Of a stretch of DNA of 37,015 nucleotides, positions 29,230-37,015 are shown piece by piece; the first letter of the stretch is position 1, and each line of letters opens with the position of its first letter. This DNA is from a bacterium (GTDB lineage Bacteria > Hydrothermota > 32-111), in assembly GCA_046484245.1 (NCBI GenBank), contig JAWOBN010000032.1, positions 1-37,015 on the forward strand, written 5' to 3'. The notes below the pieces were generated by a model. The model was not told the DNA's origin, did not search any database, and saw only the letters and a list, made by a program, of their open reading frames with translations. A program made the position numbers and the translations under genes.

Positions 29230-30267
29230 TCAGAACCATTTCTTCTTCCTGAAATATACTATCATTCCGCCCATTACAATTATCATAATACCCCAGACAG
29301 CAGGATATGCCCATCTGTAGCTCAGCTCAGGCATGAATTCAAAATTCATCCCGTATATGCCTGCTATAAATGTGAGTGGTATGAATATTGTTGCAATAAT
29401 TGTCAGCACCTTCATTATCTCATTCATTCTGCTGGACTGATAGGTAAGATAAATATCCCTCAGAGCTGATATCTGTTCCTTCATACTCTCCACAGTATTG
29501 ATAAGCTGAACAGAGTGATCATACAGATCATTTATATAGGGAGTCAAATCACCGGAAAACACGCCGGCTTCATTCCTCCGCATAAGCTGAGCAATGTCTC
29601 TGAGCGGCCAGACATACTTCTTGAGATTCACTGTATTTCCCTTCAGTATGTAAATATCGTCTATATCCGCCTGGGATATGTTTTCAGTGATACTGTTTTC
29701 AGAATCCTCTATACGCCTGTCAATATCCTCCAGAATGCTGAAATAATTATCAGTCAGTACATCCGTGAGGCAGTAGAAGAGATAATCCGCCTTCATTCTT
29801 CTTATTATTCCCCTGTTCTTCTCAATTCTGGTTCTCACTATGTCAAAGACATCACCGGGTCTCTCCTGGAATGTGATGAGTATATTATTCTCCAGATAGA
29901 ATGAAACCTGCTCAAATTCAATTGTCTTCTCCTCATTGATTGAAGCCATTTTCATTACAGCAAAGATACTGCCCTCACCTGTCTCCAGTTTGGGCCTCTG
30001 TCCGACATTGAGTATATCCTCAAGAACAAGCGGGTGAATATTGAATTTTCTGCCTGTCTGCTCTACAGTTTCAATGTCATCTATTCCTGTTATGTTTATC
30101 CATATGACGCTTCCCGGGTCCTTATCAGTACTCACATCATCAATACTTGCAATTTCATCCCTGCTCAATGACTTATTGTCATAGACAATTGTTTCAATGC
30201 GGGATTCCCCTGTCTTGACATCACCCGTGTAATTCAGTGTACCGGGTACAGTAAAGAGATTTTTCAT
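29230..30267 (-). CDS. corA: Magnesium/cobalt transporter
   Basis: IHPLVLEDI, QRPK and the YGMNF..MPEL signature. Start set to the ATG at 30267 (SD AGGAGG). Confidence 0.96.
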   Translation of the reverse strand: MKNLFTVPGTLNYTGDVKTGESRIETIVYDNKSLSRDEIASIDDVSTDKDPGSVIWINITGIDDIETVEQTGRKFNIHPLVLEDILNVGQRPKLETGEGSIFAVMKMASINEEKTIEFEQVSFYLENNILITFQERPGDVFDIVRTRIEKNRGIIRRMKADYLFYCLTDVLTDNYFSILEDIDRRIEDSENSITENISQADIDDIYILKGNTVNLKKYVWPLRDIAQLMRRNEAGVFSGDLTPYINDLYDHSVQLINTVESMKEQISALRDIYLTYQSSRMNEIMKVLTIIATIFIPLTFIAGIYGMNFEFMPELSYRWAYPAVWGIMIIVMGGMIVYFRKKKWF

Positions 30268-30277
30268 AATGCCTCCT

Positions 30278-30973
30278 CTATGATATTGCGAAGACCAGAG
30301 CATTGACAACCCCGGCCCCCTTTATTGTTTTCAGTATCCGCGATGCCTCACTGAGTGTCCTCCCTGTTGTCATGACATCATCAACTATCAGTATATTTCT
30401 GCCTGAGCATATGCCCTCCCCCGGCTTGAATATGGCAGGCCTTCTCAGCCTTATTGCAGAGGGCAGCTTTGCCTGGGGAATTATCTTTATCCGTGAAGTG
30501 AGCAGATCACCTGCAACAGGTATGCCTGTCATCTCGGAGATTACTGACGCAAGCACTGCAGAATGATTGTACAGGCGGTTATGCCTTGCAAAATAGTCAA
30601 ACGGTATATAGGTGATGCAGTCCGTATCCTCAAAGACTGAATGCTGTGAGCCTGCCTCTGACATAAGGCCTGCCATATATATGCCGTACTGCATCATTCC
30701 CGTGTATTTGAATGCCTTTACAACTGCTCCTGAATAACGGTTGTATTTAACCACACCTCTTACTCTGTCTGCCCTGAGTTCCCGGCATTGCTTACACTCC
30801 TGAGGGGCACCCTTTGCAGGCCTTCCGCAATGACCGCATATGTCAGTGCCTGTGAAATAGAGATTGTGATAGCATGACCTGCAGAGTGGTATATGGTCGG
30901 CAAAGAGTTCACTGCCGCATACAATACACCCTCTTGAGAATATATTGTCACATATATCATTAATAATACTCAT
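30278..30973 (-). CDS. comF: ComF family protein (double zinc ribbon plus phosphoribosyltransferase domain)
   Basis: Four CxxC motifs and ILIVDDVMTTGRT. Confidence 0.88.
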   Translation of the reverse strand: MSIINDICDNIFSRGCIVCGSELFADHIPLCRSCYHNLYFTGTDICGHCGRPAKGAPQECKQCRELRADRVRGVVKYNRYSGAVVKAFKYTGMMQYGIYMAGLMSEAGSQHSVFEDTDCITYIPFDYFARHNRLYNHSAVLASVISEMTGIPVAGDLLTSRIKIIPQAKLPSAIRLRRPAIFKPGEGICSGRNILIVDDVMTTGRTLSEASRILKTIKGAGVVNALVFAIS

Positions 30974-32123
30974 AACGCGATATCATTATACTTCTCATTA
31001 TACCTGCAATGACCGATATGAATACAATGGATACAGCAGAATGGCTGTAGAAAGGCAGTATAATATCAATAAAGGGGAAAATACCGGCAGCTGAAGACAG
31101 GTGGAGAAGAACCATTATAATTACAGTGGTATTCAGTGTGAAAAGAACATTCCGGGAGAACCTGTTCTTAATCTGGGACAGGGATTTATTGGTGCTGAAA
31201 TAGAATGCAAGGAAGAGGGCTGCAATTAACACAATACCGGCAAAACCGTACACATGCCCCAGAACAGTGCCGGCAAGCAGATGCCTGTAGCCTTCATCAA
31301 TTGCCCTGGTGCCGGCAAGTCCGCCTCCCTGTATGAGATTGACTGACTGCACTGTCTTCCACCCGTAGCCGTATATATCACTGCCCGGTATAAGAGCAGA
31401 TTTCAGGTCAACCAGAATACTCCCGGGAATAATCTTCCACAGTGCCGAGAATGTCAGACCCAGTATAATATGTATTGACCCGTAGAAGAGAATCCTCGTC
31501 AGTGACGATTTTAGAATGTAGAGTATGACTGCTGTCAGGGGGATAAGGGCTATCCAGTACTCTCCGTATAATGCTGTAAAGACAGTTATAAAGAGTACTA
31601 TTATGAATATCATCATCCTGCGGTCTATGTCAGCCAGAAACAGCAAAGTGAGGTATATCAGTATATATATGAAACCATTTCCCGGTTTTGTCAGGAGTAA
31701 TGCAAAGACAAAAACACATATGACCACTGAAAAAGAGAGAATCATTATCCTGGGGCTGATATCATTGTTATCCTTATTGTAGAACATCCTTGCAAGGCCT
31801 GCAATAAGTGCTATGTGCATGAATAATTCAATCCTTATGAATGATGAAAACCCCGGTATAATCATCCTCATGAGCACATTGATCCCCATTATCACAATGA
31901 ATGCTGCAAGCAGAAGATATGCATAAGCCAGGATGATCCTCATGTCTATCCTGCTGACAAGATACATTATGACAATCCCCGCCCCGTACACAGCCCCTAT
32001 TGCTGCACAATGCATTAATGAACAGTCATATGCATACATCACATTGGCAAATCCCGTCATATAGAGTATGGATGCAATTGCCGTGAACAGTGTATTTAGT
32101 ATATGCGGATTTCTATAATTCAT
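30960..32123 (-). CDS. rodA: Highly divergent RodA-like SEDS protein
   Basis: Follows mrdA; multi-TM; remnant motifs GYGWKTVQS..IQGGG and LPFYSHSAVS; catalytic motif not found. Confidence 0.75.
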   Translation of the reverse strand: MNYRNPHILNTLFTAIASILYMTGFANVMYAYDCSLMHCAAIGAVYGAGIVIMYLVSRIDMRIILAYAYLLLAAFIVIMGINVLMRMIIPGFSSFIRIELFMHIALIAGLARMFYNKDNNDISPRIMILSFSVVICVFVFALLLTKPGNGFIYILIYLTLLFLADIDRRMMIFIIVLFITVFTALYGEYWIALIPLTAVILYILKSSLTRILFYGSIHIILGLTFSALWKIIPGSILVDLKSALIPGSDIYGYGWKTVQSVNLIQGGGLAGTRAIDEGYRHLLAGTVLGHVYGFAGIVLIAALFLAFYFSTNKSLSQIKNRFSRNVLFTLNTTVIIMVLLHLSSAAGIFPFIDIILPFYSHSAVSIVFISVIAGIMRSIMISRYEYY

Positions 32124-33741
32124 CTCTTATATACTCCGCAATGATATTGATATTGGTAAAAACATCATCCTCTGATTTAGACATGATTGTCACAATATAA
32201 TCATTCTTTTGGGAATCAATAAACCCGCAGATAATACTGTTGTCCCCGCGCCTCTCACCGGGTGGTGAATAGACCCCTGAGGTGAAATCAATGTCATGTC
32301 TGATATTGTCTGCTGTCCAAAAGGGATAAGATGCAGTATCCTCATCCCTCTTCTCCCCTGTATTATTCAAGTTCTCACGGGTTACAGCAGGCACAGCAAG
32401 GGTATTGTCTCCGCAGCTGTAATTTACAAGCACTGTCATCATGACAGTTGACATCTCTATGAAACCATAGCCAGCACCGATTAATGCTGCATTGAGGTTC
32501 CGGTCACCACTGTAATTCACTGCATACCCTGATTCAGCGGGCAGGTCAATGCCTGTTACCCTGCCGGGGAAGAGTTCTCTCAACTGCTTATCAATATAAT
32601 TACTGCCCATTGCAATACCTATCTGATAGAACAGTATATTGCAGTTGCTCAATGCCATATCATAGAGTGAGGTATCATCATGCGATCCGTAACATTGAAG
32701 CACTGTATCACCCACAAGCAGTTCTCCATTGCATGGTCTTATATTTATATTATCAAATTGATCTGAATCAGTGAATGCATTGAATATAAAGGGCCTTATA
32801 ATACTGCCCGGCACAATACTGCCTGTCACTGCCCTGTTCACAGTGAATTTGTGCATATTCTTCCTGCTCACTGCAGATCTGCTCATTATCGGGGAAAATA
32901 GATTGGGGTTATAATACGGTTTGACAAGCATCGCCTTTACAGCACCGCTCTTCCTGTTCATAACAATGACAATTGTAGAGTCATATTCCTCAAAGAGGTC
33001 AAAGAGGAATGCCTGCATCCCGTGGTCTATTGTAAGATACACATCATCCCCATTACGGGCATCCGTATTTTCCGGCAGATCAATATTCCTGACCCTCTTG
33101 CCTGACCTGTCGGTCTCATAATAGCTTATTCCGCTTCTCCCCCTCAGCATATGCTCATACTGCTGCTCTACTCCTGCTCTGCCTCTTATATCCCCGGGTG
33201 AATAGTTCTCCGCTTTGAGCAGCGAATATTCATTCTTTGTAATACTGCTGACAAAACCCGTTATGTGACAGTACATCTCGGGGAATACATATGACCTGTA
33301 ATACTCCCTCTCTACAGTTATGCCCTTGAAAATATTACGGTTTTCCTCCAGAACGGATATCAATTCAATCCCGGGCGACCTTTTGAGTATCACATTGCTC
33401 ATTGACGAAGTCTCGGAATAATCAAGGAGACTGATTATTGAATCAGCGGAAATGTCAAAGAGGCCCGATATCACTCTTATATGTTCAATATTGTCATTTA
33501 TCAGCATCGGATTCATATATACAGTGTAATCTGGTTTACTGCCTGCAATCAGAACAGAGTCAGAGGAGTAGATATTGCCCCGCATGGGTTTTTCAACATC
33601 CATCTTCAGTTTTCTTCCCGGTCCCCTCAAGGCAGTTTTTGTCAGACCTATTACCTGTCTGTCAAAATATATGAGCAATACAGCCAGAGAGAGAATCAAT
33701 ACTGCTGTTTCAATGTATCGCCTGTTATTCATTCTCTTCAT
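32113..33741 (-). CDS. mrdA: PBP2-like protein with a degenerate transpeptidase domain
   Basis: Pedestal motifs RGNIYS, RSY, HITGFV, GRAGVEQQYE and LTID present; active-site motifs altered. Start is 33741 or 33759. Confidence 0.85.
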   Translation of the reverse strand: MKRMNNRRYIETAVLILSLAVLLIYFDRQVIGLTKTALRGPGRKLKMDVEKPMRGNIYSSDSVLIAGSKPDYTVYMNPMLINDNIEHIRVISGLFDISADSIISLLDYSETSSMSNVILKRSPGIELISVLEENRNIFKGITVEREYYRSYVFPEMYCHITGFVSSITKNEYSLLKAENYSPGDIRGRAGVEQQYEHMLRGRSGISYYETDRSGKRVRNIDLPENTDARNGDDVYLTIDHGMQAFLFDLFEEYDSTIVIVMNRKSGAVKAMLVKPYYNPNLFSPIMSRSAVSRKNMHKFTVNRAVTGSIVPGSIIRPFIFNAFTDSDQFDNINIRPCNGELLVGDTVLQCYGSHDDTSLYDMALSNCNILFYQIGIAMGSNYIDKQLRELFPGRVTGIDLPAESGYAVNYSGDRNLNAALIGAGYGFIEMSTVMMTVLVNYSCGDNTLAVPAVTRENLNNTGEKRDEDTASYPFWTADNIRHDIDFTSGVYSPPGERRGDNSIICGFIDSQKNDYIVTIMSKSEDDVFTNINIIAEYIRDEL

Positions 33742-34237
33742 AATTGCGCAGCCGGACACCTACACGTCTTATCAGCATAAAGAGGAGGAAATAGATAAGG
33801 GTTGTTGCAATAGGGGAAATGACCATTCTCAACATGATATCCCCTGCAGTGATATCGGGCATTGAGAACAGCAGATGAACAAACCTGTACAGCAGAGAAC
33901 CTGTCAGTATCAGCAATATCTGAAAAAACGGATTATTCTTGTAGAGGAATGCCCTCGTCTTCTGTGTGATGAATATCATCAGCAGCAGTATAAGTGAGTT
34001 CGTCCCCAGTATGATGCCTGTATATGAATCAACTGTCAAGCCGGCAATAAAAGCCAGTATTATGATGAATCTCTCATTAAAGTACAGTGCATACAGTATT
34101 GTGGCAATCACAATAATATCAACAGGCAGACGCGGTATGGATAATCCGCTGTGAATCACCTGCAGATACACGGCTCCCGCATAGACGACTGTCAGAATCA
34201 AATAGAGGATTACTGTATTCTTTTTATCTTGAACCAT
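33725..34237 (-). CDS. mreD: Rod shape-determining protein MreD
   Basis: Small multi-TM protein with AFIAGLTVD..LG; lies between mreC and mrdA. Confidence 0.85.
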   Translation of the reverse strand: MVQDKKNTVILYLILTVVYAGAVYLQVIHSGLSIPRLPVDIIVIATILYALYFNERFIIILAFIAGLTVDSYTGIILGTNSLILLLMIFITQKTRAFLYKNNPFFQILLILTGSLLYRFVHLLFSMPDITAGDIMLRMVISPIATTLIYFLLFMLIRRVGVRLRNYEENE

Positions 34238-35046
34238 CCCAGATACCCCACAGTTTCACTATTGTGATTAACATCTCTGTCCAATGTCCTGTCTTTGCTG
34301 TCTGTAATAACAAAAATAAATCTCTTGTCTGCAATGCTTTCCAGAGGATTTATATATACGGACTTGTAATTCTCATCTGAATTCTCAATCATGTCAATTA
34401 TGCCGAAAGGAATACCTGCAGGGTACAGTTTGCCCATGCCTGATGAGTACAGTGTATCATTGAGGGAAAGAGGTACTGCGCGTTTCACACCATTAATAAC
34501 AAGCTTCCCTCTCCGGCTGCTTTGAGCAATACCGACAAATCCGGATGTATGCCTCACACTTATTCTGTAATCAATATCATTGTATGTGGCAATATATGCA
34601 TTGTTTTTATCAGCTTTCTCCACCTTGCCCAGTATGCCGCTCATATACATTACAGGCATATTGACATCTATACCTGCTTCTTGACCCTTGTCTATTATCA
34701 GCATATTCGCGTCTGTATAGTCACCGCCAATCACCTCTGCCATTATTACATCATGGCCCGTGTTTTCCCTGAGTTCCAGTATATTACGGAGTTCCCTGTT
34801 CTCTCGGACAAGAGCGGACATTCTGCGCCTGTCCAGTTTGTTTGCTGCTATTTCTTTGAGCACCTGTTTTCTCTGTGACCTGCATCTGATAATATCATCC
34901 ATGAATCCCGCACTCTTAGTAAAAGGCAGTATCACGACTCGGGCAATATTCCTTACTGCAGTGAGCTCAAAATTGAGATTAATAACAAAAATCAGTATTG
35001 ACAGCAGTATAAGAATGATAAATAGAATTCTGTTCTTCTTATTCAT
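34210..35046 (-). CDS. mreC: Rod shape-determining protein MreC
   Basis: TM, ENRELR coiled coil, AEVIG, IDKG..GI and SSGMG..YPAGI. Confidence 0.92.
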   Translation of the reverse strand: MNKKNRILFIILILLSILIFVINLNFELTAVRNIARVVILPFTKSAGFMDDIIRCRSQRKQVLKEIAANKLDRRRMSALVRENRELRNILELRENTGHDVIMAEVIGGDYTDANMLIIDKGQEAGIDVNMPVMYMSGILGKVEKADKNNAYIATYNDIDYRISVRHTSGFVGIAQSSRRGKLVINGVKRAVPLSLNDTLYSSGMGKLYPAGIPFGIIDMIENSDENYKSVYINPLESIADKRFIFVITDSKDRTLDRDVNHNSETVGYLGWFKIKRIQ

Positions 35047-36086
35047 TATCTTGCTGTATGCATTATAATTTTTTCATACTGCCGGATATTGTCCAGTATC
35101 TTCCCGCTGCCTCTTACTACACATTCAAGCGGTTTATCTGCCACCATTACATTGAGATTGGTCTTCTCATGTATAAGTTTATCCAGATTCCTTATCAGTG
35201 CGCCGCCGCCTGTCAGCACAATACCCTTGTCCATTATATCAGATGCAAGCTCAGGCGGTGTCTTCTCAAGTGCCTGCTTGACAGCTGTTATTATCATTCC
35301 CAGTGTCTCCTTGAGGGCTTCTCTTATCTCCTCTGATGATATCTTTATTGTCTTGGGAATGCCCTCCACAAGATCCAGGCCCCGTACATCCAGTTCTATC
35401 TCCTCATCCAGTTCATATGCGGAACCTATCTCTGTCTTTATCCTCTCTGTTGTCTGCTCACCAATAAGGAGATTGAATGTTTTCTTTACATACTGATTGA
35501 TTGCCTCATCCATTTCATCTCCGCCGATCCTTATTGAATTATTGGACACAATTCCATTGAGTGCAATCACGGCAATCTCGCTTGTGCCCCCGCCTATATC
35601 AATAATCATGCTGCCTACAGGTTTGCCTACAGGCAGGTCCACGCCCACAGCAGCTGCAATGGGCTCCTCAACCAGATATATCTCTCTCACACCGGCATGC
35701 TCAAGTGAATCACGGACTGCCCTTGTCTCCACTGCTGTTATTCCGGACGGCACACAGACAATAACGCGCGGTCTCATCAATGCACGGGATTTCTGAACCT
35801 TTGATATGAATGTTCTGAGCATTGCTTCAACAACCTCAAAATCCGCAATCACCCCGTCCTTCATGGGCCGGACTGCCGTAATGTCTTCAGGTGTCCTTCC
35901 GAGCATCTCTTTGGCTTCAAAACCCACTGCTATGGGCTCACCTGTCTTACTGTCAATTGCGACAACAGAAGGTTCATTGAGCACAATGCCCTCATCCTTC
36001 ATATATATCAGTGTAGTTGCAGTACCTAGGTCAATTGCAATATCATTTGATATGAATGAATTGAAAAAATCCCTTATTGCTACCAT
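35046..36086 (-). CDS. mreB: Rod shape-determining protein MreB
   Basis: [28 protein letters not shown] and LTGGGA. Start set to the ATG at 36086 (SD GGAGGA). Confidence 0.97.
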   Translation of the reverse strand: MVAIRDFFNSFISNDIAIDLGTATTLIYMKDEGIVLNEPSVVAIDSKTGEPIAVGFEAKEMLGRTPEDITAVRPMKDGVIADFEVVEAMLRTFISKVQKSRALMRPRVIVCVPSGITAVETRAVRDSLEHAGVREIYLVEEPIAAAVGVDLPVGKPVGSMIIDIGGGTSEIAVIALNGIVSNNSIRIGGDEMDEAINQYVKKTFNLLIGEQTTERIKTEIGSAYELDEEIELDVRGLDLVEGIPKTIKISSEEIREALKETLGMIITAVKQALEKTPPELASDIMDKGIVLTGGGALIRNLDKLIHEKTNLNVMVADKPLECVVRGSGKILDNIRQYEKIIMHTAR

Positions 36087-36163
36087 CTGTTCCTCCAAAT
36101 TATTTATACTGTGCAGTGCCTGATATGTGAGAGTTGCATTTTCATCTCTTTTTATACCATTAT

Positions 36164-36192
36164 AGTATAAAATCAAAGAAAATGGGTGTCAA
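36164..36192 (-). promoter_or_regulatory. sigma-70 promoter of the mre operon
   Basis: TTGACA-17 nt-TATACT. Confidence 0.7.
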
Positions 36193-36210
36193 GAGTTACG
36201 TTAAGCATTC

Positions 36211-37014
36211 TTAGGGATTCATCTGATTGCCGGAATACATCTTCCTGACAAATTCAGGTAATGCAAATGCGCCATTATGCACATCCTTATTATAATACCT
36301 GCATCCTTCACTGCTCTCAGGCAGCACTGAGTCAATAAGGTATTTGAACCGGGTATTTGATGCAATGAAGAACTGCCACATGCCGGAGGGATAGGAGGGT
36401 ATATATGCCAGATAGGGTCTTATATATTTGAATGCGGACTGAAGATTGCTGTGAATTGAAAGCGATGCCTCGGGGTATGCAAAGGGACTCTCACCCTGTA
36501 TTGCTGTCAATCCCCCGGGCTTTAGATGTTTGCTGCACCCTGAGAGGAATTCTTCACTGAAGAGGACTTTGCCGGGACCAATAGGGTCAGTTCCGTCAAC
36601 AATAATCAGATCAAACACATCCTCTGTATCCTGTATGTATTTGATTCCGTCATCAATGGATATATCCGCATCTTCCCTTATGCCTTCAGTGAGAAATGGG
36701 AAGTATTTCTTTGATACTTCAATAACACTGCTGTCAATCTCTATGAGCTTTATTCTTTCTATACCGGTGAATTTGGAGAGTTCCCTCACTGTTCCCAGAT
36801 CACCCCCGCCTATTATGAGCACATCCCTGATTTCCTTTCTGATATTGACAGGAACATGGGTGATCATTTCATGATAAACGAATTCATCCCGCTGAGTAAG
36901 CATCATCATGTCATCAATAAGCAGTACCCTGCCGTAATCCTCATTGTCAAAAACTGTTATCTTCTGGAAATCGGATTGCTCGGAATGCACTATACTGTCT
37001 ATTCTGATAAACTG
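36211..37014 (-). CDS. speE: Polyamine aminopropyltransferase (spermidine synthase), 5'-truncated by the window edge
   Basis: SDFQ, DEFVYHEM, VLIIGGGD, EID, DG and DGTDP; the frame stays open to the window end. Confidence 0.93.
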   Translation of the reverse strand, partial: QFIRIDSIVHSEQSDFQKITVFDNEDYGRVLLIDDMMMLTQRDEFVYHEMITHVPVNIRKEIRDVLIIGGGDLGTVRELSKFTGIERIKLIEIDSSVIEVSKKYFPFLTEGIREDADISIDDGIKYIQDTEDVFDLIIVDGTDPIGPGKVLFSEEFLSGCSKHLKPGGLTAIQGESPFAYPEASLSIHSNLQSAFKYIRPYLAYIPSYPSGMWQFFIASNTRFKYLIDSVLPESSEGCRYYNKDVHNGAFALPEFVRKMYSGNQMNP

Positions 37015-37015
37015 C

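Noticed and set aside
30268..30309. Longer corA start at 30309
   Set aside because: It overlaps comF; the ATG at 30267 has AGGAGG.
30960..33741. Calling mrdA and rodA pseudogenes
   Set aside because: Both are long uninterrupted ORFs overlapping their neighbours; reported as candidate pseudoenzymes instead.
36087..36176. 30-aa N-terminal extension of MreB
   Set aside because: It overlaps the promoter; the ATG at 36086 has a strong SD.
475..36874. Many short antisense or off-frame ORFs in the track (for example 19842-20651, 2758-3342, 12110-12685, 27359-27874)
   Set aside because: They overlap well-supported genes and carry no recognisable motifs; treated as shadow ORFs.
1..37015. CRISPR arrays, tRNA/rRNA genes, prophage or defence islands
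   Set aside because: No repeat-spacer arrays, cloverleafs or such genes seen; intergenic space is small.

Overview
Bacterial chromosomal window of mostly housekeeping genes. A T9SS-type C-terminal sorting-like domain and a meso-DAP-type MurE suggest a diderm FCB-related candidate lineage (inference). From left to right: the 5' part of a Y1/HUH (RAYT-like) transposase missed by the ORF track; a GH3 NagZ-like gene; a secreted two-repeat protein; an NSS transporter; mnmA; a structured intergenic RNA candidate; a Cache/PAS membrane protein with no output domain; an M23-dusB-methyltransferase-EndoQ-HIT operon; a dcw cluster (mraZ to ftsZ, with an inserted STAS gene and no ddl); and a convergent mreBCD-mrdA-rodA-comF-corA operon preceded by speE. 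The top observation is that PBP2 (MrdA) and RodA both remain intact ORFs but appear to have lost their catalytic motifs, while MreB and the FtsI/FtsW pair keep theirs. This suggests a pseudoenzyme elongasome. Also notable are five leaderless-type promoters, a near-consensus sigma-54 promoter with candidate enhancer palindromes, and 10-bp-phased MraZ boxes. All calls come from reading motifs by eye; no searches were run.
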